This document shows, in pieces, positions 22,101 through 32,200 of a DNA stretch of 64,000 nucleotides. The translations under genes were made by a program, and so were the position numbers. Every line of letters starts with the position of its first letter. Position 1 is the first letter of the stretch. The stretch lies in the IMG/VR virus record IMGVR_UViG_3300032236_000718, positions 100,429-164,428 of that record; one strand, given 5' to 3'. This DNA is from a virus. Under the pieces are notes generated by a model. That model was given only the letters and a program-made list of their open reading frames with translations, was not told the origin of the DNA and ran no database searches.

Positions 22101-23141
22101 ACGGTTTTAACAAGCTGTAACTATGGTACATTTATAAGTCTAGCTTGGACAAATATAACCGGTAAGCCAACTAATGTTAGCTACTGGACAAATGATAGTT
22201 CATATGCAAATAGCACTAATGGATTTGGTATTAATGGTACAGCAGCTGCTGCTCCATGGTCTGGAATAACTGGTAAGCCTACAGCAGTAAGCTACTGGAC
22301 AAATGATAATTCCTATGCAAATAGTACTAATGGTGCTGCTATTAATGGTAATGCTTCAACTGCGACACTAGCAGCCAAGGCATCCACATTAGCTGCTAAT
22401 GGTGGTAATGGAACCGGTATGACTTTTAATTGGTCAGGACAAGCTGGTCAGCCAACATGGTTATGGGGAGGTGGTGATGGCGTAAATATGTATGTTTATA
22501 ATCCATCAAACTTTAACGTTAATAGTGCAGTATATTCAACACAGTTAACTGGATCACAACAAACAAATCCTATTTTAGGTTCTTCTTCACCATTAGCTAT
22601 GTCTGGAGATACTGCCTCGAGAGGAAGCTTCATAGCAAGATCTGGTGGTGCAGGTGACAATAACTTAGCTGGTATGACTTTCTGGAATGATTCTTATGCT
22701 ATTAAGTTAGGTGTTCGTAATGACGGTGTTTTTGGTCTAGGCGGTTGGTCAAGACCGGCATACTCGTGGTACTCTGATGCATCTGGTAATATGGTTGCTG
22801 CAGGTAACGTTATTGCATACTCTGATCCAAAACTTAAAGAGAATATTACACAAATTACCGACGCTGTAGGTATGATACAAAAGCTTGACGGAGTAAACTT
22901 TACTTGGAAAGAAGGGTATATACACACCGAATATAAAGCTGGTAAGAAAGATATCGGCGTTTTAGCTGATCAAGTAGAAGCTATTCTTCCAGAGATAATA
23001 TCAGACTCCGTAGTAGTCGACGGAGTATCATTTAAGATGGTTGCTTATGACAAGTTAATACCGGTTCTTATAGAGGCGATCAAGGAACTTAAGGCTGAGA
23101 TAGACGACCTAAAGAGTGATAAGAATAAAAGGAAGAAGTAA
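19107..23141 (+). CDS. long tail fibre with C-terminal intramolecular chaperone (peptidase S74)
   Basis: DFVVKNGL N-terminus; WSGITGKPT repeats; AYSDPKLKENI...GVLADQVE...YDKLIPVLIEAIKEL. Confidence 0.85.
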   Translation: MSDKDFVVKNGLVVNTTFTANSTEVHIGNATVNAVFTSPNTNVLTLTLSNSSVTGTLTSANYSGTAANSQLLNNQPGSYYTNATNINAGTLAWAYQAANTVNTTGNFTMTGNLNFTATNNYFGNSSVSPTIYVNTINSTANGVTVNNSLITIGNSSVNVQINSTTISATANNALNLGGQPPSYYTNASNINAGTLPWAYQALNTVNTTGVFTMANLTVNSTFTVTNGSVATVSNSSGLYALSGNVKTSYLETTALANLAWANISGNVYIGGNVYVSGNFTATGSATIVNTVSISTKDHTIILADGSTSATAADASGIVVANTDATTGALGTTYANFLYNAANNAWMPSINVVPQTTDVQSLGSATQLWHNLYGNNIYGTLQTNSQPNIVAGDSLKLGGVLAAFYVQNTDSRVLSGNLNFTGSNVFFGNATLQGAVYFGNSSVTNTIVNASAITLGGTGTSLGNVSVSYSGFIAGNTTVASNAVLLISNTSGVTRVGANGASIGGNTLQVGTTLYVTLAGNTGYGTSTPAAFVEIDSPFGTTTSNNLFLYQNSATVTSATWNSYRYITTGSANTTAYQFRQFNVGPGGIGIGYAPPTSARAATDALYVAGNTGFNTQTPGALVDINGTLNVSGMSNIGGPISVNGDVSVGWSNGVINSIFTSTGATTPYWSSNAFLNVVNAVSIGSNTVTTVTPPATFTFSGNATALTGNVSIYSATAWTGSVTAGAGTITIPSGTASVTGSGTQFTNYIPGTVISLTNNANTALNTYYAIKSITNNTFMTLNSIVPAPGATSVSFWTGGLDLRNRLFVPGIANLLQTGDKVVYNVGVNNTAITGLTNATTYSVLWGNATSIALANPTIDALSPVSLLAVTATPQPGHSLTINYQSSVSISNNGAGAAVIVVGNSTVNTVVNSSAFSGNAYNITQFPLNQSVNTSGSPTFANITSSTSMRIGGSSSGSTLYFGTTAATTANLSWSTGGGVDTLNFGSSQGAVMTINGTATVLTSCNYGTFISLAWTNITGKPTNVSYWTNDSSYANSTNGFGINGTAAAAPWSGITGKPTAVSYWTNDNSYANSTNGAAINGNASTATLAAKASTLAANGGNGTGMTFNWSGQAGQPTWLWGGGDGVNMYVYNPSNFNVNSAVYSTQLTGSQQTNPILGSSSPLAMSGDTASRGSFIARSGGAGDNNLAGMTFWNDSYAIKLGVRNDGVFGLGGWSRPAYSWYSDASGNMVAAGNVIAYSDPKLKENITQITDAVGMIQKLDGVNFTWKEGYIHTEYKAGKKDIGVLADQVEAILPEIISDSVVVDGVSFKMVAYDKLIPVLIEAIKELKAEIDDLKSDKNKRKK

Positions 23142-24010
23142 TGGCAACCTTACAAACTTCTGGTACAATATCTATAAGTGATATTAAGTCTGTATTTTCT
23201 TCTATTAATGCAAATGACTTAAATTCATATAGAGGAAAGCCATGGTATAGACCATCCGATGGTGCTACAGGGAACTTTCCTGTTGCTCCAGCATCTATAG
23301 GTATGTCCTGCTTTTATGGAAAGACACAGTTAAATGCAACAGTCACTATATCAACAAGTCAAAACAACGTAAAGATAAAGTGCTTAATACCGGGGTATGT
23401 TGCTGGCCAGACTACTGCTATTGTCACTGTTAATTCTGGTGTCTTTATAGGAAGTAGTAGTTCTGCTAATCCATCCATGTATCTCTGCTTCCAAGGATCT
23501 GATAATATCATTATTATTAATAATGGTAATATATTTGGTGCAGGTGGAGGTGGCGGATCTGGTGGTTACGGTGATGCGTCACCTCCTGGAGGGACTGGTG
23601 GAACTGGAGGAACTGCAATCTGCGCTACAAATGCTAGAGGCGGTGTTTCAATCATAAATAATGGGTATATCTCCGGAGGCGGAGGCGGCGGAGGCGGCGG
23701 AAGCGGTTATAAACTATTTAATGGTGGTTATTGTCAAAGTTATACATCGCATCAAGGATCTAGTGGATCAGGCGGTGCTGGAGTTGTTCCAGGCGGAGGT
23801 TCAAACGCAGGATTTACATATACAGGTGGAGGTAGAACAGGTGGTTGTGAATATGGTGGAGCAGGTGGTAACTTAGGTTTAGCGGGATCTCCTGGTGGTG
23901 GTACTTATCCTGGTGCTGGTGGCTGTGCAGGATATTATATAAAAGGAATAGCTAATCTGAAAGGCGGAGCACTTCAGGGAAGCGGAACAAAAGGCGGTAG
24001 AGTAGCATGA
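23141..24010 (+). CDS. glycine-rich fibre-tip adhesin (gp38-like)
   Basis: TSGTISISDI N-terminus; INNGNIFGAGGGGG and INNGYISGGGGGGGG loops; coupled to S74 fibre. Confidence 0.7.
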   Translation: MATLQTSGTISISDIKSVFSSINANDLNSYRGKPWYRPSDGATGNFPVAPASIGMSCFYGKTQLNATVTISTSQNNVKIKCLIPGYVAGQTTAIVTVNSGVFIGSSSSANPSMYLCFQGSDNIIIINNGNIFGAGGGGGSGGYGDASPPGGTGGTGGTAICATNARGGVSIINNGYISGGGGGGGGGSGYKLFNGGYCQSYTSHQGSSGSGGAGVVPGGGSNAGFTYTGGGRTGGCEYGGAGGNLGLAGSPGGGTYPGAGGCAGYYIKGIANLKGGALQGSGTKGGRVA

Positions 24011-24405
24011 AGACTTTAACATTTAAGATACTAGAGTATCTTGCAGAAACAAATTCTGTACTAGTTTCATATGCGTCAGACGAAACTGAGAAGACAGTCG
24101 ATGACTATCCTCCTGTTCATATAGAGCTATGCCATTTAAATGCTAGTACTGCTGAAGAATATTTAAAAGAAATAGCACGCGCCGGAAAAGGGCATGTTGA
24201 AAATATATTAATAAAAGAAAACTTTGCAAGAATAGCTGATACTAAGCTATCTTCTTTAATAGAATATGTAGGAAAACCGGTTACATTTAATACATCGGAT
24301 TTTATTATTACTCCTACAACTGTAGCACAACTAGTTAATAACAAAGTTGATGATAGCTTATTAATTGAAGATATATCAAATTCAAATACGGTGATTACAC
24401 TATGA
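24007..24405 (+). CDS. hypothetical protein
   Basis: 132 aa, ATGA overlap. Confidence 0.6.
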   Translation: MKTLTFKILEYLAETNSVLVSYASDETEKTVDDYPPVHIELCHLNASTAEEYLKEIARAGKGHVENILIKENFARIADTKLSSLIEYVGKPVTFNTSDFIITPTTVAQLVNNKVDDSLLIEDISNSNTVITL

Positions 24406-24977
24406 CTTTAGAGATAAGCAAATGCGTTATATTTAAAAAGTGTCAGATTTATTATGTTTATACGACAGTTCCACCCGGTGAAGAAGCAAAACTAGATCTA
24501 GATGATAAAGTAGATAAAACTAGATATCATAAAAGACATATTTTAGTATCTGGTAATTTAAAAAACGTTCATCCTGATTATAAATGGAATCATTGGGAAA
24601 CATCTGATGATAAAACATTATTAGTTTTTCCTGATGACACTATCAATATGTCAGGAACACATTATATTAATGATGGTAATATACCAGCTAAAGTATTATG
24701 CATACAGGCAATATCTGATAGTGTTAAAATAGACGATCAAATTGATAATCTGGAAAAATCAGTTGACTATGAGTTACTTAAGGGTAATGTATATTATATA
24801 GGTGTACCATTTATATTAAATGGTAAAACTATTTGTGAAAAGAATACAATAATAGGTTGTGAAAATTTAGGTGGTACTATAACACCAATGGATAATGGCC
24901 AGATAGTCAGATTTTTTGTTATTAATTCATCAAAAAGTGTATTTAAATACGACGAAGAAACAGGAATGATGGTGTAA
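24402..24977 (+). CDS. hypothetical protein
   Basis: 191 aa AT-rich ORF, ATGA overlap. Confidence 0.6.
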   Translation: MTLEISKCVIFKKCQIYYVYTTVPPGEEAKLDLDDKVDKTRYHKRHILVSGNLKNVHPDYKWNHWETSDDKTLLVFPDDTINMSGTHYINDGNIPAKVLCIQAISDSVKIDDQIDNLEKSVDYELLKGNVYYIGVPFILNGKTICEKNTIIGCENLGGTITPMDNGQIVRFFVINSSKSVFKYDEETGMMV

Positions 24978-24978
24978 G

Positions 24979-25719
24979 ATGACAGTCCCAACCTCCAGAG
25001 CAGCATTTGCTGAGTTTTGCCTACGTAAACTAGGCAAGCCAGTCATTGAGATCAACATAGATCCAGATCAAGTCGATGATCGTATCGACGAGGCTCTTCG
25101 CTATTATTGGGACTACCACTTTGATGGATCAGACAAAACATACTATAAGAAAATAGTCACACAAGATGATAAAGACAATAGATACATTACGTTACCAGAT
25201 AATATCATTGGTGCCGTAAATATCTTCCCTGTTGGACAGGCTCTTAATACTAATAACCTCTTCAATATACGATATCAGATCGCATTAAACGATCTATATA
25301 CACTCACTTCTGTCTCTATGGTCCCATACTATATGGCACTTACGCACATTCAATTCCTTGAACAGATGCTAGTTGGTCAGCAACCAGTCAGATATAATCG
25401 TCACATTAATAGACTCTATATAGATATGGACTGGAGTATTATAAATGTAGGAGATTATATTGTTGTTGAGGCTTATCAGATTGTAGATCCTGAGGTATAC
25501 TCAAGTGTATGGTCAGATCGTTGGCTGCAAAGATATGCGTCGTGCCTAATTAAGCAGCAGTGGGGAAACAATATCAAGAAATATAATGGCATGCAACTTC
25601 CTGGTGGTGTTAGCTTTAATGGTCAAGCTATATTTGACGAAGCTACTGAGGAGCGTAAGGAACTAGAGCAAGAGATGATCTTTACTTACAGCTTGCCTGT
25701 AGCCGATATGATCGGATAA
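24979..25719 (+). CDS. gp13: neck protein gp13
   Basis: CLRKLGKPVIEIN..DQV.DRIDEAL; KQQWGNNIKKY.GMQLPGGV. Confidence 0.92.
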   Translation: MTVPTSRAAFAEFCLRKLGKPVIEINIDPDQVDDRIDEALRYYWDYHFDGSDKTYYKKIVTQDDKDNRYITLPDNIIGAVNIFPVGQALNTNNLFNIRYQIALNDLYTLTSVSMVPYYMALTHIQFLEQMLVGQQPVRYNRHINRLYIDMDWSIINVGDYIVVEAYQIVDPEVYSSVWSDRWLQRYASCLIKQQWGNNIKKYNGMQLPGGVSFNGQAIFDEATEERKELEQEMIFTYSLPVADMIG

Positions 25720-25722
25720 TTT

Positions 25723-26466
25723 ATGGGTACTAATTTCTACTTTAATAATTTTGCTACGAGTGAAGAGCAGCTTCTCATCGAAGATCTCATCATTGAGTCT
25801 ATACGTATCTATGGCCAAGATATGTTATATATTCCGCGTAATCTTGGAAACTATGATGGTCTTTATACATCTGACGATCAGTCATATTATAACCAATCGT
25901 TCTCAGTCGAGATGTATATTAAGTCTGTTGATGGATTTGGTGGTGATGGTAGTTTCATGTCTAAGTTTGGCTTAGAGGTCAGAGACCAAGTCGTGTTCTC
26001 AATGGCTCAAAAAGTATTTAATGATGAGATTGGTGCATTTACTAACAAAGTGCGTCCCCAAGAAGGCGACCTTATATTCTTCCCGCTAAATGGAAGAATA
26101 TTCCAGATCAAGTATGTCAATAAGTTTGAGATGTTCTATCAATTAAATGCTCTACAAACTTGGGAGATGACATGCGAGCTGTTTGAGTACTCGGATGAGT
26201 TCTTTGATACAGGTATCGATGCTATTGACTCCATACAACAAAACTATAGCACTAACGTACTCAACTGGGGTATTCTTACAGAGGATGGTTATTATCTCAT
26301 CGATGAAGGAAATAATAACTATCTAGTACAAGAGAGTTATGCTGACTTTAATCTTCCTGGTCAGATTAACCAGGAACTTAAAGATGGATCGAATAATTAC
26401 CCAACAGGATCTAGCTCATTTATTGACTTCTCAGCAATGGATCCATTTAGTGATGGTACAGTATAA
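25723..26466 (+). CDS. gp14: neck protein gp14
   Basis: EQLLIEDLIIESIRIYG..MLYIPR; SKFGLEVRD; RPQEGDLIFFP. Confidence 0.92.
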   Translation: MGTNFYFNNFATSEEQLLIEDLIIESIRIYGQDMLYIPRNLGNYDGLYTSDDQSYYNQSFSVEMYIKSVDGFGGDGSFMSKFGLEVRDQVVFSMAQKVFNDEIGAFTNKVRPQEGDLIFFPLNGRIFQIKYVNKFEMFYQLNALQTWEMTCELFEYSDEFFDTGIDAIDSIQQNYSTNVLNWGILTEDGYYLIDEGNNNYLVQESYADFNLPGQINQELKDGSNNYPTGSSSFIDFSAMDPFSDGTV

Positions 26467-27296
26467 TGTTTAGACAAACTTTTTACTTCTCACTTATAAG
26501 AAAATATGTTACCTTGTTTGGCACACTGTTTGATGATGTTGCCATATCAAGAACAGATGGAAGCGGAACCATTAAACAGTTTATTAAAGTTCCTATTACT
26601 TATGCACAAAAAGATAAGATGCTAGCTAGGGTCTTACAAGATCCAAATATTCAAAAGCAGTCTGCTATGATCACCATGCCTGTCATGTCATTTGAGATGA
26701 CAGGACTATCATATGACTCAAATAGAAAGCTTCCGACTGTAAAGAGAGTTGCTGTAACAGATCCAACTAACGCTAATAACTTTAAGTATCAGTATAGTCC
26801 TGTCCCATATAATTTTAATTTTAGACTTTATATAGCAGTAAAGAATGTGGAAGACGGTACAAAGATAGTCGAGCAGATACTTCCATTCTTTACTCCTGAC
26901 TGGACAACTACAGTCCATCTTATTCCAGAGATGGATATAACTATGGATATACCAGTCATACTAAATTCTATAAGTCATGAGGATACATTTGATGGATCTT
27001 TTAGTGAGAGACAGCATATGACTTGGACTTTAGACTTTACTCTTAGAGGGTATCTCTATGGTCCAGTTAAGTCTGGAGCAATTATTAAGTTTGCTAATAC
27101 CAGCATATATGCTCCTGATGCAGCAATACCATCATCTATAGGTAATGTTACTCCTGCTACAACAACTATAATCCAACCTGGTCTTACAGCTAATGGCCAA
27201 CCGACATCTAATGCAGCAAATACTATAGATCCTAACTTGATAACTGCGACTACTAACTTTGGATTTATAACAACAACGACAGATCTTACAACATGA
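26466..27296 (+). CDS. gp15: tail sheath stabiliser/terminator gp15
   Basis: IRKYVTLFGTLF; PVPYNFNF; IVEQILPFFTP; YLYGPV. Confidence 0.92.
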   Translation: MFRQTFYFSLIRKYVTLFGTLFDDVAISRTDGSGTIKQFIKVPITYAQKDKMLARVLQDPNIQKQSAMITMPVMSFEMTGLSYDSNRKLPTVKRVAVTDPTNANNFKYQYSPVPYNFNFRLYIAVKNVEDGTKIVEQILPFFTPDWTTTVHLIPEMDITMDIPVILNSISHEDTFDGSFSERQHMTWTLDFTLRGYLYGPVKSGAIIKFANTSIYAPDAAIPSSIGNVTPATTTIIQPGLTANGQPTSNAANTIDPNLITATTNFGFITTTTDLTT

Positions 27297-27712
27297 CAGA
27301 CTCAAGTAATAATGATTCAATTGGCAAAGCATTAAATCTAGCACCAATGAATGACCAAGTGAGACAAATAGTGGCTAAGGCACAAGATGACAGTGCATTA
27401 GCTGACTTTAACATTGCTAGAACAAATATTCACGAGATTATGCAGAATGGAACTTATGCTATTGAGAAGCTATCCCAGATAGCCGATCAGAGTCAGCATC
27501 CCAGAGCTTTTGAAGTCCTAGGTGGTCTTTTTAAGACCATGCTAGATGCTAATAAAGATCTTATAGAGCTTCATAAGAAAATTAAAGATATACAGGGTGC
27601 TGATCAACCACATAATGAAGAAGCTAAAAACATAACAAATAATTTATTTGTTGGATCTACTGCTGAGCTTCAAAAAGCCATAGAGAACATGAAAAATGGA
27701 ACAACAAGTTAA
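27293..27712 (+). CDS. gp16: terminase small subunit gp16
   Basis: HPRAFEV and NNLFVGSTAELQK. Confidence 0.92.
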   Translation: MTDSSNNDSIGKALNLAPMNDQVRQIVAKAQDDSALADFNIARTNIHEIMQNGTYAIEKLSQIADQSQHPRAFEVLGGLFKTMLDANKDLIELHKKIKDIQGADQPHNEEAKNITNNLFVGSTAELQKAIENMKNGTTS

Positions 27713-29327
27713 GAGCTATAATGGTAATGCTCTTATAAAGCGTTCCAATCAAAAAATACAATTTGATGAACAAATGGTATCTGAGTACATTAAATGTGCT
27801 CAAGACCCTATATACTTTACAGAAAAGTATATGAAGATTATTAACGTCGATCATGGTCTCATGAGTTTTAAACTCTATGATTATCAGAAAAAGATGTTAT
27901 TATCTATGAAAGAAAATAGATTTAACATTATAGCTACTGCTCGACAGGCCGGTAAGTCTACAACTACCTGTGCTTTTATTTTATGGTATATCTTATTCCA
28001 GGCTGATAAGACTGTTGCATTGCTAGCAAATAAGGGAGAGACTGCCCGAGAGATTCTTGGTCGTATTCAGTTAGCATATGAGCATCTACCTAAGTGGCTT
28101 CAACAAGGTATCATTGAATGGAATAAAGGTTCATTTGTACTTGAGAATAATTCTAGAGTTATTGCTTCTGCTACATCAGCCGACGCCATACGCGGTTACT
28201 CTATTAATCTACTCTTCATCGACGAGGCTGCCTTTATTGAGAACTGGGATCAGTTCTTTACATCGGTTTATCCTACAATTTCTTCTGGTAAAGATTCTAA
28301 GATTGTACTCGTGTCCACACCTAATGGACTAAATCATTTCTATTCTACTTGGCAGAATGCTCAAGATGGAAAGAATGGATACAATCCTATTAGGGTTATG
28401 TGGTATGATGTTCCTGGTAGAGATGAGAAGTGGAAGCAAGATACCCTATCATCTATGAACTTTGATACCGAGAAGTTCGAACAAGAATATTGTGTCGAGT
28501 TTATGGGAAGTTCTGGCACGTTGATTGCCGGCTGGAAACTAAAGGAACTTGTAGCTAAGAACCATATACATGATAAGGATGGTCTGACAGTATACACTAT
28601 GCCTGAAGAAGGCCATATATACTCTATAGTCGCTGACGTATCCAGAGGTAAGGGTCTAGACTACTCTGCTTTTAGTGTCATAGACGTAACTAAGATGCCA
28701 TACGAGCAGGTCTGTGTATTTAGAAATAACTTCATAACACCGGCTGACTATGCCGAGTTTATATTTCAAATAGCTAAGAGATATAACAACGCGTCTGTCT
28801 TAGTTGAGATTAATGACATCGGTGAGCAGGTAGCCCACTCTCTCCACTCCGACTTCGAGTATGACAATCTCGTCTTCACGGAGAATGCCGGTAGAGCTGG
28901 TAAGAGAATCACGGCAGGTTTTGGCACTAATATTGACAAGGGTGTGAGAACAACTAAGCCGGTTAAGTCTGTTGGTTGCTCTCTTCTAAAACTATTAGTA
29001 GAACAAAACCAACTTATTATCAATGACTTTAGTACGATCAAGGAGCTCGGGACCTTCTCCAAGCATCTCAACAGCTATGAGGCAGAACCAGGGCATCATG
29101 ACGACTTGACCATGGGTCTTGTCCTATTTGCCTGGATGACAGAGCAGCAGTATTTCAAAGAATATACCAACATAAATACACTGATGAAGCTTAGAGATAG
29201 AACAGAAGAAGATATAATGAATGATCTAACTCCTTTTGGGTTCGTCGACGATGGGGACTCATTAGAAGTCATTGTCGACGGTCCGGTAAGGAATTGGCTT
29301 ATGAGTGATGAAAACCAATTTTTATAA
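27696..29327 (+). CDS. gp17: terminase large subunit gp17
   Basis: ARQAGKST Walker A, FIDEAAF Walker B, STPNG, DVSRG.GLDYS, HDDL. Confidence 0.96.
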   Translation: MEQQVKSYNGNALIKRSNQKIQFDEQMVSEYIKCAQDPIYFTEKYMKIINVDHGLMSFKLYDYQKKMLLSMKENRFNIIATARQAGKSTTTCAFILWYILFQADKTVALLANKGETAREILGRIQLAYEHLPKWLQQGIIEWNKGSFVLENNSRVIASATSADAIRGYSINLLFIDEAAFIENWDQFFTSVYPTISSGKDSKIVLVSTPNGLNHFYSTWQNAQDGKNGYNPIRVMWYDVPGRDEKWKQDTLSSMNFDTEKFEQEYCVEFMGSSGTLIAGWKLKELVAKNHIHDKDGLTVYTMPEEGHIYSIVADVSRGKGLDYSAFSVIDVTKMPYEQVCVFRNNFITPADYAEFIFQIAKRYNNASVLVEINDIGEQVAHSLHSDFEYDNLVFTENAGRAGKRITAGFGTNIDKGVRTTKPVKSVGCSLLKLLVEQNQLIINDFSTIKELGTFSKHLNSYEAEPGHHDDLTMGLVLFAWMTEQQYFKEYTNINTLMKLRDRTEEDIMNDLTPFGFVDDGDSLEVIVDGPVRNWLMSDENQFL

Positions 29328-29330
29328 ATA
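29323..29330 (+). promoter_or_regulatory. late promoter TATAAATA
   Basis: Consensus upstream of gp18. Confidence 0.75.
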
Positions 29331-29373
29331 ATAGAAAATAAACTCAAAGCCTTTTCCATGGAAGGAGACAAAG

Positions 29374-31494
29374 ATGGCATTTCAGCTTAGTCCTGGAGTA
29401 AACGTTACCGAGATCGACCTAACATCGATTGTTCCAGCAGTGGCTACCTCCACAGGTGCTATTGCCGGTATATTCAATTGGGGTCCGGTAAACGAGCGTA
29501 CTCTTATCGACACCGAGACAAAACTAGTATCAATATTCGGTCAACCAGACGCAACAAACTATGAGACATGGTTTACCGCATCTAATTTCCTATCATATGG
29601 AAATAGCTTGTATGTTGTTCGTGCCGCAAATACCAGTTCTACTGCACCTGCAAACACTGCAGCCAGAAACGCTTATGCAAATATCGGTACCGTATCAACA
29701 AATCCAGTCGTTTTAAATAAGACAGATTTTGAGAGCAAAATTGGTACATTTGACACTAACGTTATGTTTGTTGCCAAGTATCCAGGAGCCATGGGTGACT
29801 CCCTTACTGTGTCAGTTATTAATAGCCAAAATGTATACTCTTCAAACATATATGCAGCTGGATTAGCATCCCCTTCAGCTATCGATGTAACAGCTAACGT
29901 CTCGATCCAAGTTGGATCAAATACTGCAGTTGTTTACTTCAAAGCTAATACTTCTGCTAGTGTGACACAAACACAAGCTAATACCTTTGGTGCTGCGTTT
30001 GTTGCTAACTTGGCTATTGGCGATTATGTATCTGTAGGTAATGCTTCGATTGGAACACAACTCCTTCAAGTAGCAACTATTGGAACCCCAGCATTCGTTG
30101 TTGGTGGATCAAGTGATACAGCTTCTGCTAATATCACGTTTACAACACCATATAAGCTATCAACAAACTATAACACTGATGCTGCTACCAACCAGCTAAT
30201 TAAGCGCTCGTGGGAATATGCACCTGTTGTTGGTACAAATCTTAAGACATCAGATTATCAAGCAACTTATAATCCAAATATTATTGACGGCGTCCATGTG
30301 GTTGTTGTTGATACAAATGGAATGTTCTCTGGAGCACCAGGAACTATCTTAGAGACATATACAAATCTATCAAGAGCTACAGACGCTACAACTGTTGGTG
30401 GTGCAGGTAACTATTGGAAAGATGTTATTAATCAGACATCTAAATATGTCTGGGCTGTTAATGAGGCTATGGGTCTTGACTCAAATACTGCAATGAATCT
30501 TAATAGCAGTTCTATGACAAGAGCACTAACACTTAACTTTGTTGGTGGAACAAACGGTTTTACCGAGAGTACAGCTCCTCTATCAATCCTTGCAACAGGT
30601 TATGATAAGTTTGCATCATCTGAAGATGTTGATGTTGCCATGGTCCTTCAGGGTAAGCCAACAGGCGGTACTACTGTAGTAAATGGCCAAACAGTCAATA
30701 ACTTCCAGCTAGCTAACTACATCATCGATAATATCGTTGAAGTTAGAAAAGACTGTATTGCTCTCATTACACCAGATGATAATCTTGTCAAATCTAATCC
30801 AGGTGCTGAAGCTACTTCGCTAGTTAACTGGCGTGGTGCTCTTCATGATAGCAGCTATGCGGTTATGGACTCAGGATACAAGTATATGTACGATCGCTAC
30901 AATGACACGTATCGCTTTGTTCCAACAAATGGCGACATTGCTGGTCTCTGTGTACGCACAGACCATACACGTGATCCTTGGTGGTCGCCTGCCGGCTTCA
31001 ATCGTGGTCAGATCAAGAATCTTGTTAAGCTTCGTTATAATCCTTCGAAGGCTGATAGAGATCTTCTATACTCGCACAATATTAATCCAGTGGTTACATT
31101 CCCTGGTCAAGGAACAATCTTGTTCGGTGATAAGACACTTCAGTCTAAGGCTTCAGCGTTTGACCACATCAACGTTCGTCGTCTCTTCATCGTCCTAGAA
31201 AAGGCTATTGCTACTGCGGCTAAGTTCTTCTTGTTCGAGTTCAATGATGACTTTACAAGAGCACAGTTTAAGGCTCTAGTAAATCCATATCTAAGAGACA
31301 TTCAGGGACGTCGTGGTATCACTGATTACTCTGTAGTCTGCGATGCGACAAATAATACCGCTGAGGTTATTGATGGTAACAAGTTTATTGGCGACATCTA
31401 CATCAAGCCAGCCCGCTCCATCAACTACATACAGCTTAACTTTGTTGCTGTTCGTACTGGTGTTCAGTTCTCAGAAATCATCGGCAAGTTCTGA
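29374..31494 (+). CDS. gp18: tail sheath protein gp18
   Basis: SPGVNVTEIDL; PWWSPAGFNRG; INVRRLF; IYIKPARSINYIQLNFVA. Confidence 0.96.
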   Translation: MAFQLSPGVNVTEIDLTSIVPAVATSTGAIAGIFNWGPVNERTLIDTETKLVSIFGQPDATNYETWFTASNFLSYGNSLYVVRAANTSSTAPANTAARNAYANIGTVSTNPVVLNKTDFESKIGTFDTNVMFVAKYPGAMGDSLTVSVINSQNVYSSNIYAAGLASPSAIDVTANVSIQVGSNTAVVYFKANTSASVTQTQANTFGAAFVANLAIGDYVSVGNASIGTQLLQVATIGTPAFVVGGSSDTASANITFTTPYKLSTNYNTDAATNQLIKRSWEYAPVVGTNLKTSDYQATYNPNIIDGVHVVVVDTNGMFSGAPGTILETYTNLSRATDATTVGGAGNYWKDVINQTSKYVWAVNEAMGLDSNTAMNLNSSSMTRALTLNFVGGTNGFTESTAPLSILATGYDKFASSEDVDVAMVLQGKPTGGTTVVNGQTVNNFQLANYIIDNIVEVRKDCIALITPDDNLVKSNPGAEATSLVNWRGALHDSSYAVMDSGYKYMYDRYNDTYRFVPTNGDIAGLCVRTDHTRDPWWSPAGFNRGQIKNLVKLRYNPSKADRDLLYSHNINPVVTFPGQGTILFGDKTLQSKASAFDHINVRRLFIVLEKAIATAAKFFLFEFNDDFTRAQFKALVNPYLRDIQGRRGITDYSVVCDATNNTAEVIDGNKFIGDIYIKPARSINYIQLNFVAVRTGVQFSEIIGKF

Positions 31495-31522
31495 TAAATA
31501 AGAATAACAAGGAGAACGACAA

Positions 31523-32119
31523 ATGGCATCAGGTTTCAATATTAGTACCTTTAAGTCAAGAGGGCTAACATTTGGTGGTACTCGTCCAGCACTTTTCGAG
31601 GTATATCTTAATATTCCTGTCGGTGTCGGCGCAGATCAAACATCAGCTGACAAGTTCAGATTTACCTGCAGGGCAGCTCAGCTCCCTGCAGCAACCATCG
31701 GTAACGTAGAGATCCCTTACTTCGGACGTAGGGTCAAAGTTGCTGGTGACAGAACATTCGCAGACTGGACAGTCACGATCATGAACGACGAGGACTTCCT
31801 TGTTCGCTCGATGTTTGAAAAGTGGTCCAACTCGATGAATCGTCTTGAGTCAAACGTTCGTGACGTATTATATTCTCTTAATGAGAATGCATATAAGACT
31901 GACTTAACTGTCATTCAATACGGCAAGGATGGATCTCAGATTCGTGCATACGACATCATTGGCGCCTTCCCAACTAACGTTGACGCTATTGCTCTTGATT
32001 GGGATTCACAAAATCAGATCGAGACATTCACTACTACATTTACATATGATTATTGGCTACCTCGTGATGAGACCGTTAATCCTTATCTAGGACAGGCTAT
32101 CTCTCCTATCTCTACGTAA
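31523..32119 (+). CDS. gp19: tail tube protein gp19
   Basis: GGTRPALFEV; YFGRRVKVAGDRTFADWTVT; YDYW. Confidence 0.95.
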   Translation: MASGFNISTFKSRGLTFGGTRPALFEVYLNIPVGVGADQTSADKFRFTCRAAQLPAATIGNVEIPYFGRRVKVAGDRTFADWTVTIMNDEDFLVRSMFEKWSNSMNRLESNVRDVLYSLNENAYKTDLTVIQYGKDGSQIRAYDIIGAFPTNVDAIALDWDSQNQIETFTTTFTYDYWLPRDETVNPYLGQAISPIST

Positions 32120-32200
32120 TAGTAGAGTAGGTTTAGCCTCTTGATATATTATTTCAGGAAGGGGCTTGTATAACTAGCCACTTCCTTTTTGGAGAGCAAT

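Noticed and set aside
755-23141. Diversity-generating retroelement acting on fibre genes
   Set aside because: No reverse transcriptase and no template/variable repeat pair with adenine-specific mismatches noticed in the window.
32156-32190. Terminator-like hairpin between gp19 and gp20
   Set aside because: Imperfect stem and short T-run; too weak to call.
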